A stretch of 64,000 nt of DNA from Asterias rubens. Lineage: Eukaryota. Shown piece after piece: positions 12,093-23,230 of the stretch. The position numbers and the translations under genes are program-made. Each line of letters starts with the position of its first letter. The first letter of the stretch is position 1. Under the pieces are notes generated by a model. It searched no databases. It had not been told where the DNA came from and saw nothing but the letters and a program-made list of their open reading frames with translations. The DNA lies in the NCBI RefSeq assembly GCF_902459465.1, contig NC_047066.1:5270001-5334000 (forward strand), in the 5' to 3' direction.

Positions 12093-15000
12093 TTAAACCC
12101 TGTAATGACCTTGGCATGCTCACACCTTTGCTGGGCAAATCATGCAAGGAATACTGTAGGCATGTACGTATACATACCATGTACATGAACATACATGTAC
12201 TATGTATGTAGCATAATGCAAGACATATCAAACAACCAGCAGGAATCTTTGAGGTGTTTAGAAACAAAAAATTTCTCAGGGCAGTCAACCGGTGAAAGGT
12301 CGCATTCATGAAGGCCTAAATAATCACCTGATATTTTTAAGGGGAGAGGTGGGACTGGAATTTGGGTCCATTGGGCCACAGAACAGCCATTGGATTGAGG
12401 ATATGTTGTTAGGTTGGAGGGCACTTATGGGGCCGAGAAGTAAACAAATGGGATGAAGGTCAAAAGAAGGTCTTTAACAAAAACCAGGGTCCAACTCACA
12501 GAAACCCAGTGTCCAAGAATAATGCCAAAAAAAAATATCTTATTGAGAGAAATGAGTTTTAAAGATTGGAGAGAGCATTTCCAAGAGGGATCGATTTCTA
12601 TGTACATGTACTCCTATGTAACTTATGTATGACTCTTAGGAGTAAAAAAAACTTAAGGCTTGTCCTACATACATTGTAAGTTAGGCTTCATGAGTAACTC
12701 GTCCTATGTAGCTCGAGATAAGACTAGTCGTACTAAGTACATGCATAGAGAAAGGACTTCTCTATGGTACATGTATGGTGCGTAACTCTTTGTGAAATCC
12801 ACCTTGGGTGTACAACAGTAATCCTACATATATGTACAGTACTAAAAAAATTAAAAATATTGACATCTCAGTAAAATCTTAGTGATTAACTTATTTGGAA
12901 CAATATAACAAACATTTATAATCCAGTATCCGTCTGGAGATGCTTATTGCGCAGCATTCATGAACAAAAATGGAGGGGGGGGGGGTTGCAATGAAAAACC
13001 TGACAAAATTATGTGAACATCGCTAGCCTCTAGCCTGCTGGTACACTATGGAATATATTACAAATCTTATTGTGTAAATATTTTGCCTGAAGTCAAAAAT
13101 CCTGACCAAACAAAACTTGAAAGTTCAGCATCAAACAAGGTAGGGCCTACACAAATCAAAACCAAGGAGGTACAGTAAGTACTACACTGTTCCATGGCAG
13201 CTGTCCGTTGTGTAAATAACTCAAAACATACAAACACTTAATAGTTGTTCAGCAGAGTTTCCTTCTACGTACATGTAGTTGTAGAATACTAGCTGGCAGT
13301 GACAAGTGATATACCCTGTACACACTGAAGAGGTGACACAATGAACAATAAGGAAAGTACAACAACTCACCAAGTGTCTTCCAAATTCCACACAGAGAGT
13401 CAAAAGTGAAGCAATTTCCAAAAGCTACTGCAGCACAGAATCACACAGTTATGATCCACAGACACACCTCTCTGCCGTCTAAAAAAACCTCTCTTCAATA
13501 CAGAGTACAGTTCATAGATGTGTATACATGCACCGTTAAAATTCCATGAGCAAGGAATGACAGAGAGAGAAGACGTTGTTGAAATTCCAAACACAGCTAC
13601 GTGTAACTTCAGTCACTGGGTAAGAATCACCCCAGATACTCTGCCCTCCTGCAAAATACACACCTTAAGCACAGGACTTGGTGTTTTTAGGCTTACGAGA
13701 AACTGGCTGACACAACCCAAACTTGTGTCTGGCCAAACAATGTAAAAGAAAACTGTCAGGGAAGGGGGAGTGAATGCTGGTCTAACAACAACGATCTGTC
13801 AAAAGTGGGATGGTGTATCTCGTCCCTTGCAGTCATGCCCATATATGAACAATGGTACAGTCAGTGCTGTATACATGATGAGCCTCACTGTGCTTAATGA
13901 TGCAGCATGTTTGTGTTGGTGGAGACTGACTGGGCTGTACCACTATGGTTAAGGGGGTGATGTAGAGATGAGATGCATGCCACAGTAATGGAATAGAGGT
14001 TTGGTTTCACTGGGTTTTGGGGGAAGAGGTCATTGGTCCAGGAACATGTGTACCCTCTGATGGATGGTGTTTTTTTGTGGTCATCACATAATTTCTAATT
14101 CCCATTGGCTGTTACCATGGTAACTGGACAAACTTTTATGTAGGTCAATGACATCACAACTGATTCTTTGTTATGAATTTTTTATCTGAAAATCAATTTT
14201 TCATTGCGAGTGTACAAGGTTTTTGTTTTATACTAACTGTGAAAATCGATGGGAGGCAATAATTACATTACAAGTTCTCGTATGAAGCATGTAAAGGTGT
14301 GGCATGCTGTTTTACAAGTACGCCTTTGTAATGAGTACCCACTAACAAATTCAGGCCCGATACTTCACAGAGGGAACAGGGGCAATTGCATCCATTCCCC
14401 TTCGATCTTGTCATCGCCTTAGTGCCCCTTGAAATGTCCTCATTACGGTGTCTTTTTCCCAAGGAGAAATAGGCCTTGGTGCCCAATTGCCTTTTCAAGA
14501 ATGAGCATCGGGCCTTCAAATAATACATTAAAGGCTTTGAGAAAACAATTTTGGAAAGTTACAGCCATGTCTGTATGACGTAGTAAGTTAATACCCAAAT
14601 GTTATCAACAAAATTACATCAACATCCAATATGAAAGTTAATGTAAACATGTTAATAATTTTCTGGACCACAAACTTCTGCCCCGGAAGTGCAACTTTTA
14701 CACAGAAAAAAATGAGAGTGGCCACAACATGGAAATCTACATTGCACATAAATTACCAACTGAACATTCACAGAAATACCATCCAGTAAAAAATATGCCT
14801 CTTGAAGCCATCGATCTCCGAATCCAAAGATTGGACTAAAATTGTGAGTGAACAAAACATGGAAATCCCATGGACGTGTTGCACATAAATTAAACATTTG
14901 AGCACCACAAAAATAACACCGTCTAGTAAAAATATGCCTCTGGAAGCCATCGATCTTCGGATCCGAGTATTTGACAAACCCTGGGGAGATCTCGCTATAA

Positions 15001-16316
15001 GGATGGGTCAATATCTTGCACTCTGTCAGTAAACATCCAAATAACCCCATTGACACGCGTGACTGGCTCAAACTTAATTAAACCTACGACACGATTCCCG
15101 AAGACACTATAATAATTCATAGGTCTAATACCTGGTGCACTCTCTCTACTCGGTATGCACATTTGAATGTCATCTGTGTACAGTGTTCGAAATAACCATT
15201 GGACCATTGACCAGAAAGAGGCCAGTAATTCGTAAAAGCACTTGGCCAGTAACCCCACAGCGAAACAAGTCCAGACCTGGAATAAGGACATGGCTTCCGT
15301 TGCCCCTCAGTGCCTCTTTGAAAGTTTCCCACAGACTTTAAAGACTTTCCAGTGGAAGTGCCCTTTGCAAAATGAAAATGGCCTTGCCCTTTCAAAGATG
15401 AATTTCTAGGCCTGCAAGTCATGCAGAAACTAGTTCTGCAGTCTAGAGTTTTCCCAAACAACTACTTTTTTTTACAAAATTTACAACATACACACTTAGG
15501 TACGTTTAAATAGCCTTTAACAAATTCTAAACCCCAAAAGTCAAGTGAAGCAATTTCTAAAAAAGTAAGAGGTATCTCAGGTCTTGCAAAAATATTTATG
15601 GTCCAGTAAAAGTTTTGAATTACTGGAAAATTACTGAATTACTGGCCTATAGTAAAGTGGAGAATCTCTTGAATTCAGAAACAAGGCCTGCAGTCTAGGA
15701 TAGGCTATTCCAAACAATTTACTTTTTCAGAAATTTACAAAAGTACACTTTAGCCTTTAAATTCTCAACTTCAAAAGAGAAGCAATTTGTAAAAAGGGAA
15801 GAGGTATCTCAATTCAGATCTTGAAAAAAAATAGTTATGGTCCAGTGAATAAACATTCTGAATTACAGGACCTTAAGCCAACAATATATGGGTCTAGTGG
15901 AGAAACATTTGTGTAGAATTCTAGCCCATCTCTTTACACGCTAGGCCACAGTTTCCTTTTTTAAAACAATAATAAAGCCAGAAGCAGAATCCACAGTAAG
16001 TGTCACTCATCTGCAACCTATTTGTCTGCAATTTAATATCATCTGTTGGACCCTATTGGCACAATTGCATGACAGCGATGAACAAGCAATGAAGAAGAAG
16101 AAGAAGAAGAATGTGTTCCGCCAGCTGTAAGCCCACTGGGAAATATGCGGGAGGCGAAGGAACAAGCTTTTGCGCTGTCTCTTCTCGGCTGTGAGCAATT
16201 ACATCTCAACCAATTTTCTAATATGTAAAGAGCATTTTTTTTACCGCTTCTATATAAAGCGCAGGTCATAATTTAGTAAGGCCATTGGCGGTTTGCGCAT
16301 GCGTTGGCTCTTAATA

Positions 16317-16456
16317 GGAGACTTTCCAACGCTAGGCGGCAGCAGACATACCGGGTAAATTTCCATTGTTTACGTAGTTCTGAACATGCGCATAATTCTG
16401 AGAACAATGGATTTACCCGGTAAGTCTGCTGCCCTCTATCGTCCCAGAAAGTCTCC
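16317..16456. mobile_element. Fold-back family L (ggcagcagac...gtctgctgcc); fragments near 1885-1935, 4050-4090 and 51600-51720
   Basis: Inverted arms ggagactttcc...ggcagcagacataccgggtaaat / atttacccggtaagtctgctgcc...aaagtctcc. Confidence 0.7.
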
Positions 16457-16757
16457 CATTGCGCAACAGGCCCTCCTCTATCATACATGTACTGCTGCTC
16501 TTTTCATCAGACTCCAATGAAGTGACAAGACCACCGGACTTGTCTGGTCTCCCATGAGTTTACTGGCACAAGACTCAAAACTCTGGCCTACTTCACGGAA
16601 TATATACTCGTGTCTTCGCGCCTCATTACTGGCATCAGGCCTGTGGTCTCGGGTTAGTTTTGAACCCTCATGTACATTACTACACAAAATGCATAAATGA
16701 CAAAGAGTACAGGCAATAAAAACTAAACAAAACATAAATAAGCTGCAGCAGATTTAA

Positions 16758-17114
16758 AGGCAGTGGACACTATTGGTAATTACTTAAAAATAATTATGAG
16801 CATAAAACCTTACATGGTATAATGTGTAATGGGGAGAGGTTTATAGTATAACACATTGTGAGAAATGGCTCCCTCTGAAGTAACGCAGTTTTAGAGAACA
16901 AAGTAATTTTCCATGAGTTTGACTTAGAGACGAAATCAAGCATCTGAAAGCACACAACTTCGTGTGACAAGGGTGTTTTTTCTTTCATTTTTATCTCTCA
17001 ACTTCGTCCACCAATTGAGCTCAAATTTTCACAGGTTTGTTATTTTATGCATATGTTGAGATACACCAAGTGAGAAGACTGGTTTTTGACAATTACCAAT
17101 AGTGTCAAGTGTTT
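16758..17114 (-). mobile_element. MITE family A
   Basis: TTAA|AGGCAGTGGACAC..., with a decayed right TIR followed by TTAA. Confidence 0.85.
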
Positions 17115-17380
17115 TTAAAGTCAAGATCCAACCACAAATCAAAGACTTTTAGAGGAGCTACAATTCATGTACTGCAAGTAAAAGAGACAGATGAAGACAG
17201 CTCAGACACAAAATGTCTACACCGTACCCTGTCAGATGAGTTAGGCTTCCAACCTAAACGCTCAGTGTTACATTTCACTTCGCCGTGTTTCAATCATGAA
17301 CCAACCGTGGCTCCTCTGATTCTAGCCCAGCCACAGAGAAACCACAGATCTGTTGAATAAATCACAGGCGATCGGCAATT

Positions 17381-17508
17381 AGGCCCAACCGAATTGATGT
17401 CTACAGCAACGGCTACAGCTGTTTCTAAGGGTGTACCTAAGGACGTCCTATACCTCAACGCATGATCTAGCCGTAGCCATAGCTGTAGCCGCCAATTCGG
17501 ACAGGGCC
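17381..17508. mobile_element. Small fold-back MITE
   Basis: ggccc..ccgaattg..ctacagc..cggcta / tagccg..gctgtag..caattcgg..gggcc. Confidence 0.6.
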
Positions 17509-17953
17509 TTACTGTGATGCTGTGAGTGAGGGAGAAGATTGAGCAGACTTGGAAATGAATCTTTCATAAATTAAGATCTGACACCTGCCTGGCATTCTTT
17601 TTATAGCATTTTTTTACGAGCGTCATCATCACATGAATGCCGGCCCAATTTGAACATTTTGGTCCAGGACTTATGGTGCATTGTAAGTGTATGGAGTGCA
17701 CTTTTTAAAATTAAAAAAAGCTACACCACAAAATACAACTTAACGTTGTGGCTGAAAAGAATGCACATTGAAGTTTTGGCTTTCGGAGAGGCATTATGAC
17801 AAAGTAGACTGCAAATCTCGCACCAACAAGGAAAACAACTCAAACAATATTTTCCTATGTCAATTTAATCTTTTTGTTTCAGATATCAATATAAACCACA
17901 AGGGAAACTCACTGGTTAAATTATGAAAGGAGTTTTGGGGTTGAACAAATAAT

Positions 17954-18026
17954 TGACTCGAGTGGGATTCGAACCAACGCCCTCCGGATTAACGTGCCGG
18001 CGCTCTACCAACTGAGCTATCTAGCC
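17954..18026 (-). pseudogene. tRNA-like cassette (pseudo-tRNA, GTT at the anticodon position)
   Basis: Mirror copy of 18211-18283 with intact A and B boxes. Confidence 0.75.
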
Positions 18027-18210
18027 TTATATTGGCGGTGTCCCTATTTTGTCAATATCTTTGTTCGGGGGCGCCAGTCAGAAGCCGCTTCCCAGGTTGT
18101 ATCGTAATTTGGGTGTGATCCCTGGCTACACGGCAGTTAACGGTTGTATGGCTTCTGACTGGCACCCCCGAACAAAAAATATTGACAAAATAGGGACACC
18201 GCCAATATAG

Positions 18211-18283
18211 GGCTAGATAGCTCAGTTGGTAGAGCGCCGGCACATTAATCCGGAGGTCGTTGGTTCGAATCCCACTCGAGTCA
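18211..18283 (+). pseudogene. tRNA-like cassette (pseudo-tRNA, ATT at the anticodon position)
   Basis: 73 nt with canonical cloverleaf spacing, A box TAGCTCAGTTGG and B box GGTTCGAATCC. It has A32/C33 instead of Y32/U33 and mismatches in three stems. Confidence 0.75.
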
Positions 18284-18664
18284 ATTCTCTGTTCAACCTC
18301 AGAAATTAAATCAAATCTTCTGTTTAAATTTTATATACAAAAAAAAAAGATTGAAAATAAAACTACCCAAAATCCCAATACACTGTCTGATATCTTGAAA
18401 CACATTTTGACACATAATTGCTTCTAATGACTGTTTGCCCTGCACACTTTCAGTACGCCCTTGTGCCAGGCAAACAACTTTGTACTTAAATAAAAGTGTA
18501 TGTGTTTTTAAATAAAGGACATACATCTGGGGGTTTCCCCTTGTTTCTGATTTATGTCACTACATGCACTATAAAACGGGTTCGTAACAGGTTTCCTCAT
18601 ACCATAGAGCAACTATGCTCATATGCAAATTGCATACATGGGCTTTCAAAACCAAAGATAAACA

Positions 18665-18975
18665 TCATGGCCGAGCGGTTAAGAGCACCGGATTCAAGCT
18701 CTGGTGTTTGATTAGCAGAGTGTGGGTTCGAATCCCGGTCGTGACACTTGCTACGTAAAATCAGGAGGTAGTGCTTTCTGCTCTACTGGCCAGGCTTAAT
18801 GGATTGATGATCCAAGCCTACATCCATATGGACTGTAAAAGGGGCAACCCGGTTTCAGCCCTAGGTAGGAGTAGGTGGCAACGGCCTCTGAAAAATAAAT
18901 TGTATCCCACACCTTGAAGTGGCCTTCAGTTCTTGTGTGTCTGGCGACTTGCATAAAAAATAAAAAATAAAAAAA
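18665..18975 (+). mobile_element. tRNA-derived SINE (same head, different body, A-rich tail)
   Basis: tggccgagcggttaagagcaccgg...gggttcgaatccc head; ends (aaaaat)n. Confidence 0.75.
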
Positions 18976-19004
18976 CAGTCCGAGTGTCCTGCCTTGCTTC
19001 AATG

Positions 19005-19225
19005 GACCCTTCCCATGAAATATGCTAATCACATTCACGCATGGGTACAGACCCTGTTGGTTGGCAAACGCCATAGAGTTGTGCACTAAGCAGACGCACA
19101 ATCGTGTCTGCGTCATGCACCCATTAGCCGTGTACAAAACAGCGCAATGTTCCCTCATTTTGCCAACCAAAACGTTAGTGCGCACGCGCTATGTGCAATT
19201 TACATTATATTTCATGGGAAGGGTC
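19005..19225. mobile_element. Small MITE
   Basis: TIR gacccttcccatgaaatat / atatttcatgggaagggtc. Confidence 0.75.
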
Positions 19226-19365
19226 TATTCAGCGTGCTTCGGCCAAACTTGTGTTTAAGAATGCCCCACAGTTTTGAAAAATCCTTGGGAGAACCCTAGT
19301 ACAGTAGCCTTTTACTTGATGACCCCTCCACAATCCTCTCCTCCCCTACAGGTCTGATATACAGT

Positions 19366-20055
19366 ACTTCACAGAGGCAAAATAAGCAAGTGCCTCCGTG
19401 CCCCTTGGTCATTGCTTTGGTGCCCTCCAAATGGTATCCAGTAGAAATTTTCAATTTCTTCATAAGGGTGCCCTTTACCTAAGAGAAAATGCCTTGGTGT
19501 CCTTGCCCTTTCAAATTGAAGCATACAGGCACAGGCCTGATACTTCACGGAGGCAACGAAGGCGATTGCCTCCATGCCCCCTGGTCATTGCCTTGGTGCC
19601 CTTGAAATGCTCTAGTACAAATTTGCAATTTCATCATAAGGTGCCCTTTACCAAAGAGAAAATGCCTTGGTGTCCTTGCCCTTTCAAATTGAAGCATACA
19701 GGCACAGGCCTGATACTTCACGGAGGCAACGAAGGCGATTGCCTCCATGCACCCTGGTCATTGCCTTGGTGCCCTTGAAATGCTCTAGTACAAATTTGCA
19801 ATTTCATCATAAGGGTGCCCTTTACCTAAGAGAAAATGCCTTGGTGTCCTTGCCCTTTCAAATTGAAGCATACAGGCACAGGTCTGATACTTCACGGAGG
19901 CAACAGAGGCGATTGCCTCCATGCCCCCTGGCCATTGCCTTGGTGCCCTTGAAATGCTCTAGTACAAATTTGCAATTTCATCATAAGGTGCCCTTTACCA
20001 AGAAGAAAATGCCTTGGTGCCCCTGCCCTTTCAAAAACGAAGCATACAGCCCTGC
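19366..20055 (+). repeat. Tandem array, about 4 x 173-176 bp, of dispersed family H
   Basis: The anchor acttcac(a/g)gaggcaa recurs at 19366, 19542, 19715 and 19889. Monomers are at about 5652-5748, 14353-14517, 15272-15414, 21553-21700, 24895-24971, 59020-59190 and 62735-62875. Confidence 0.9.
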
Positions 20056-20337
20056 AGGCAGGCCCCAAATGAGGCTCCTGAAAGGTGTTGATTATCAAAT
20101 TGATGCATAAAATGTGTGCACCTTGTGTACATCTAGAGCATACCGTTGCAGAGAAAGGTTACAATATGGGTATTGTACATGTACCTCGTACATGTAAGCA
20201 AGCTACTGAAGAAATAAACAAGTTCTATCAATACATTTCATCCAACTACAAAATCACTGGCGATGACAAGTTGAAATGTCAAGACTTTGTTACCCGGTCA
20301 ATGCAGGAATGATGTCTGGCTACCAGAGCTATTTTAA

Positions 20338-20748
20338 AGGAACATTACAGAATTGGGTTTTGCTAGCAAAAAACAGTTGCTGGCAGTGTAAGCACTTTAC
20401 ATGTACCATAGAGCTCTATGCATGTACAGTACATGTATGTAATTCACCACTATAAACTGACAAACCTGTAGAAGTTTGAGATCGATCGGCCATCTGGGTC
20501 ACGAGAGAATAGTGAAAAACCAATTAAACATTTTGCAAGACAATAATAAACAATGATGCAAAACGAAAATGAATAAAATGCTCACTGAGCTATAAACTCC
20601 AAACAGGAAATTAGTTGTTTTTATTTCTCATCAAGTTTGACATTTCAGACAGAAATGTTTTCTACTATCATCATCATTAGACCGTGTAAGTTTTATCGAA
20701 ATCTGTGATCTTCATGATTTTTTTTCTTACCATTTCTGTAATGTTCCT
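20338..20748 (+). mobile_element. TTAA-type MITE family C
   Basis: TTAA|AGGAACATTACAGAA...TTCTGTAATGTTCCT|TTAA. Confidence 0.88.
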
Positions 20749-22094
20749 TTAACGAGAACCGCTATGTTCCTATAACATGTCTTCATAGTTGGAAATACTG
20801 GTACTTCGAGGCAACATTATACTGTATGCCACACGAGGGACATTGTTTACAATAACAGATGGGTTATCAATTGAAATTGCGAGCCGAAATTGGAGTCACA
20901 ATGTCAATCGGATTAAATTGAATTGAATAAAAATTATAATCAACAACAATTGCTGACCTTTAGCAATGGTGCTTTTGGTATACAGCAACTATTCAGGGTA
21001 CTGCAAGTTTACAGAGTATGAATTACAAAAATTATACTTTAATTGTAATTCTTCAATCTGCAGGCACAGTTACAGTTTGAGTACACAATCATTTTTTTGG
21101 TAACAGAAAAGCGCTGTCTCAAGCTTGCAGCACACTGTGTCCGTCACCAGGGGACAAGGGCTCAATTTCATGAGCTGCTTCTATAAGCAGAAATTATTGC
21201 TTAAAAAGTTTCTGCTAAGCAAATGTTAGCAGGATATCCAATCACAGATTTCTACATTGTGCTGCAGAATAAACAAAAACAAAAGGGTGTTGCAGCCCCT
21301 TAAATAACAACCACTCTTCTTTCAAAGTTTCAAAGTGATATGCTGACTACCAAAAGTATTCAACAGGGCACAGTGATTGCTGCTTTTTACAGACCATAGT
21401 GTGTTGGATAGATTGGAGAAAATCAAAGGAAAACATCCAGCCTGGCAATGATGTGAACAAATTGAATGTAGTGTATTTAAACGCATTGTAGTCACGTCTC
21501 CATATTTGGACTTGATATTTCTGTATAATTCATTCCCTTTCAGGCATGTGCATGTGCCTGTGTATGCTTCGTTTTTGAAAGGACAAGGGCACCTAGGCAT
21601 TTTCTCATTGGTAAATTTCTACTGGAGCATTTCAAGGGCACCACGGCAATGACCAAGAGGTGTGGAGGCAATCGCCTTTGTTGGCAACGTGTCAGGCCTG
21701 CCCTTTGATGCAAAATTAAAAGTTTCATGCAGAATTGAAATGGCATTATACCTTGATGATGCACAGTTCCTGAACTCTGCTTCCGTTTCCTTGTCAATGC
21801 TTTACACACAGGAAGTACAAACCACTTGATCTTGGTTAAACACATTTCAAACATTTTCATAAGCTGCAACCGAGCTTCCACAAAAAAAATTGAAGAACAA
21901 AACTTCCGTTTGTTTTGCAGTAACCTGATGAGTTTGAAGGATCTGCCGTGTGGCTTACAACATACAGTACGATGTGTGTCGTAAAAACTTCCTGAAACTG
22001 ATCAACGTTGAGCGTTTTCTTTCTGGTCTGACTTCGTCAAATCTCATCTTACTCCAAAAACAAATCTTTCAAAAATGAGCTCTCCAAACTGAAG

Positions 22095-22990
22095 ATGAAA
22101 CTTCCTCTGTTTACAGTAACAAGGCGAGACTTTAACTGTGGTGTCGTTAACAGTAACTGAATAGTAGAAGGAGGACTGACACTCCTTGATGGTTTCCCAC
22201 TCGGCTCAAAACCACTGCGGTGATGCCGAATTACTGTCGTACAGTTTTCCCAGATAAAAACAAAAACTGTGTCACCTGATGCACCTCCAAAGTTGAAGAC
22301 AAAGTTGAGTTTTGTTTTCGCTTGGCAATCCAAGAAAACAAAGCTGTGGTTGCTGATTGTGGTAAAACATTAACAGTAACTGAATTAAGGAAGACTGACA
22401 CTACTCAATGGTTTCTCACTCAGCTCAAAGCCACCACGGTGGTTGACTGTCTAATAGTTTTTTAGTTTTCCCAGGTAAAAACCAAACACTGTGTCACCTG
22501 TACCTCCAAAGTTGAAGACAAAGTTGAGTTTTGTTTTTGCTTGGCAATCCAAGACAAAAAGCTGTGGTTGATGATTTTTGTAAAACTTTTACTGAATAGT
22601 AGAAGGATGGCTGACACTACTTGATGGTTTCCCACTCAGCTCAAAGTCACTGCGGTGATACTGAATTACTGTCATATAGTTTTCCCATGATAAAAAAAAA
22701 AACACTGTGTAAACTGAACCTCCAAAGTTGAAGACAAAGTTGAGTTTTGTTTGCCCCTGGCAATCCAAGAAAACAAGGGGGTGTGGCTGATAATACATGT
22801 AGCAGTAAAAGAGGACTGGCTGACATTACTCAACGGTTTCCCACTCAGCTCATGTGGCCTCTGTGATGACGAATTACTATCATACAGTTTTCCAAGGGAA
22901 AAACCAAAACTTTGTCAACTGAACCTCCAAAGTTGAAGACAAAATTGAGTTTTGTTTGTGCCTGGCAATCCAAGTCAACAAAGCTGTGAG
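22095..22990. repeat. Tandem repeat, about 4 x 205-220 bp (diverged)
   Basis: The anchor cctccaaagttgaagacaaa is at 22284, 22503, 22719 and 22924. Confidence 0.88.
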
Positions 22991-23230
22991 CTGCGGTACA
23001 AATAGTAGAGATTGACCATGGATGATGCTCTCTCCTCGATGGTCAAAACTAACAATGATGAAGATTAATGAAAGTTCAATTATTTCAGGATATGGATAAT
23101 CAAAGCAAGATGACGCATCGTCCTTATAGGAAACAAGAAGAAACAAGAAGAGACCTGGACTGAGCCATCGGAGGGGAGATCAGCGCCGACAGAAACGTAG
23201 GAGCTTTGGTACAATCTATCAAACACCTTA

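Larger units (their letters stand above)
17939..18298. mobile_element. Fold-back element with two outward-facing tRNA-like cassettes
   Basis: Arms 17939-18086 and 18150-18298 are near-perfect reverse complements around a spacer of about 63 nt. Each arm contains a 73-nt tRNA-like unit. Confidence 0.85.

Noticed and set aside
17954-18283. Two functional tRNA genes (Asn-like)
   Set aside because: A32/C33 in place of Y32/U33, mismatches in the acceptor, anticodon and T stems, different anticodons in the two copies, and embedding in an inverted repeat.
19369-20110. Repetitive ORFs on both strands (up to 147 aa)
   Set aside because: By-products of the 175-bp tandem array; unit lengths do not keep a consistent frame.
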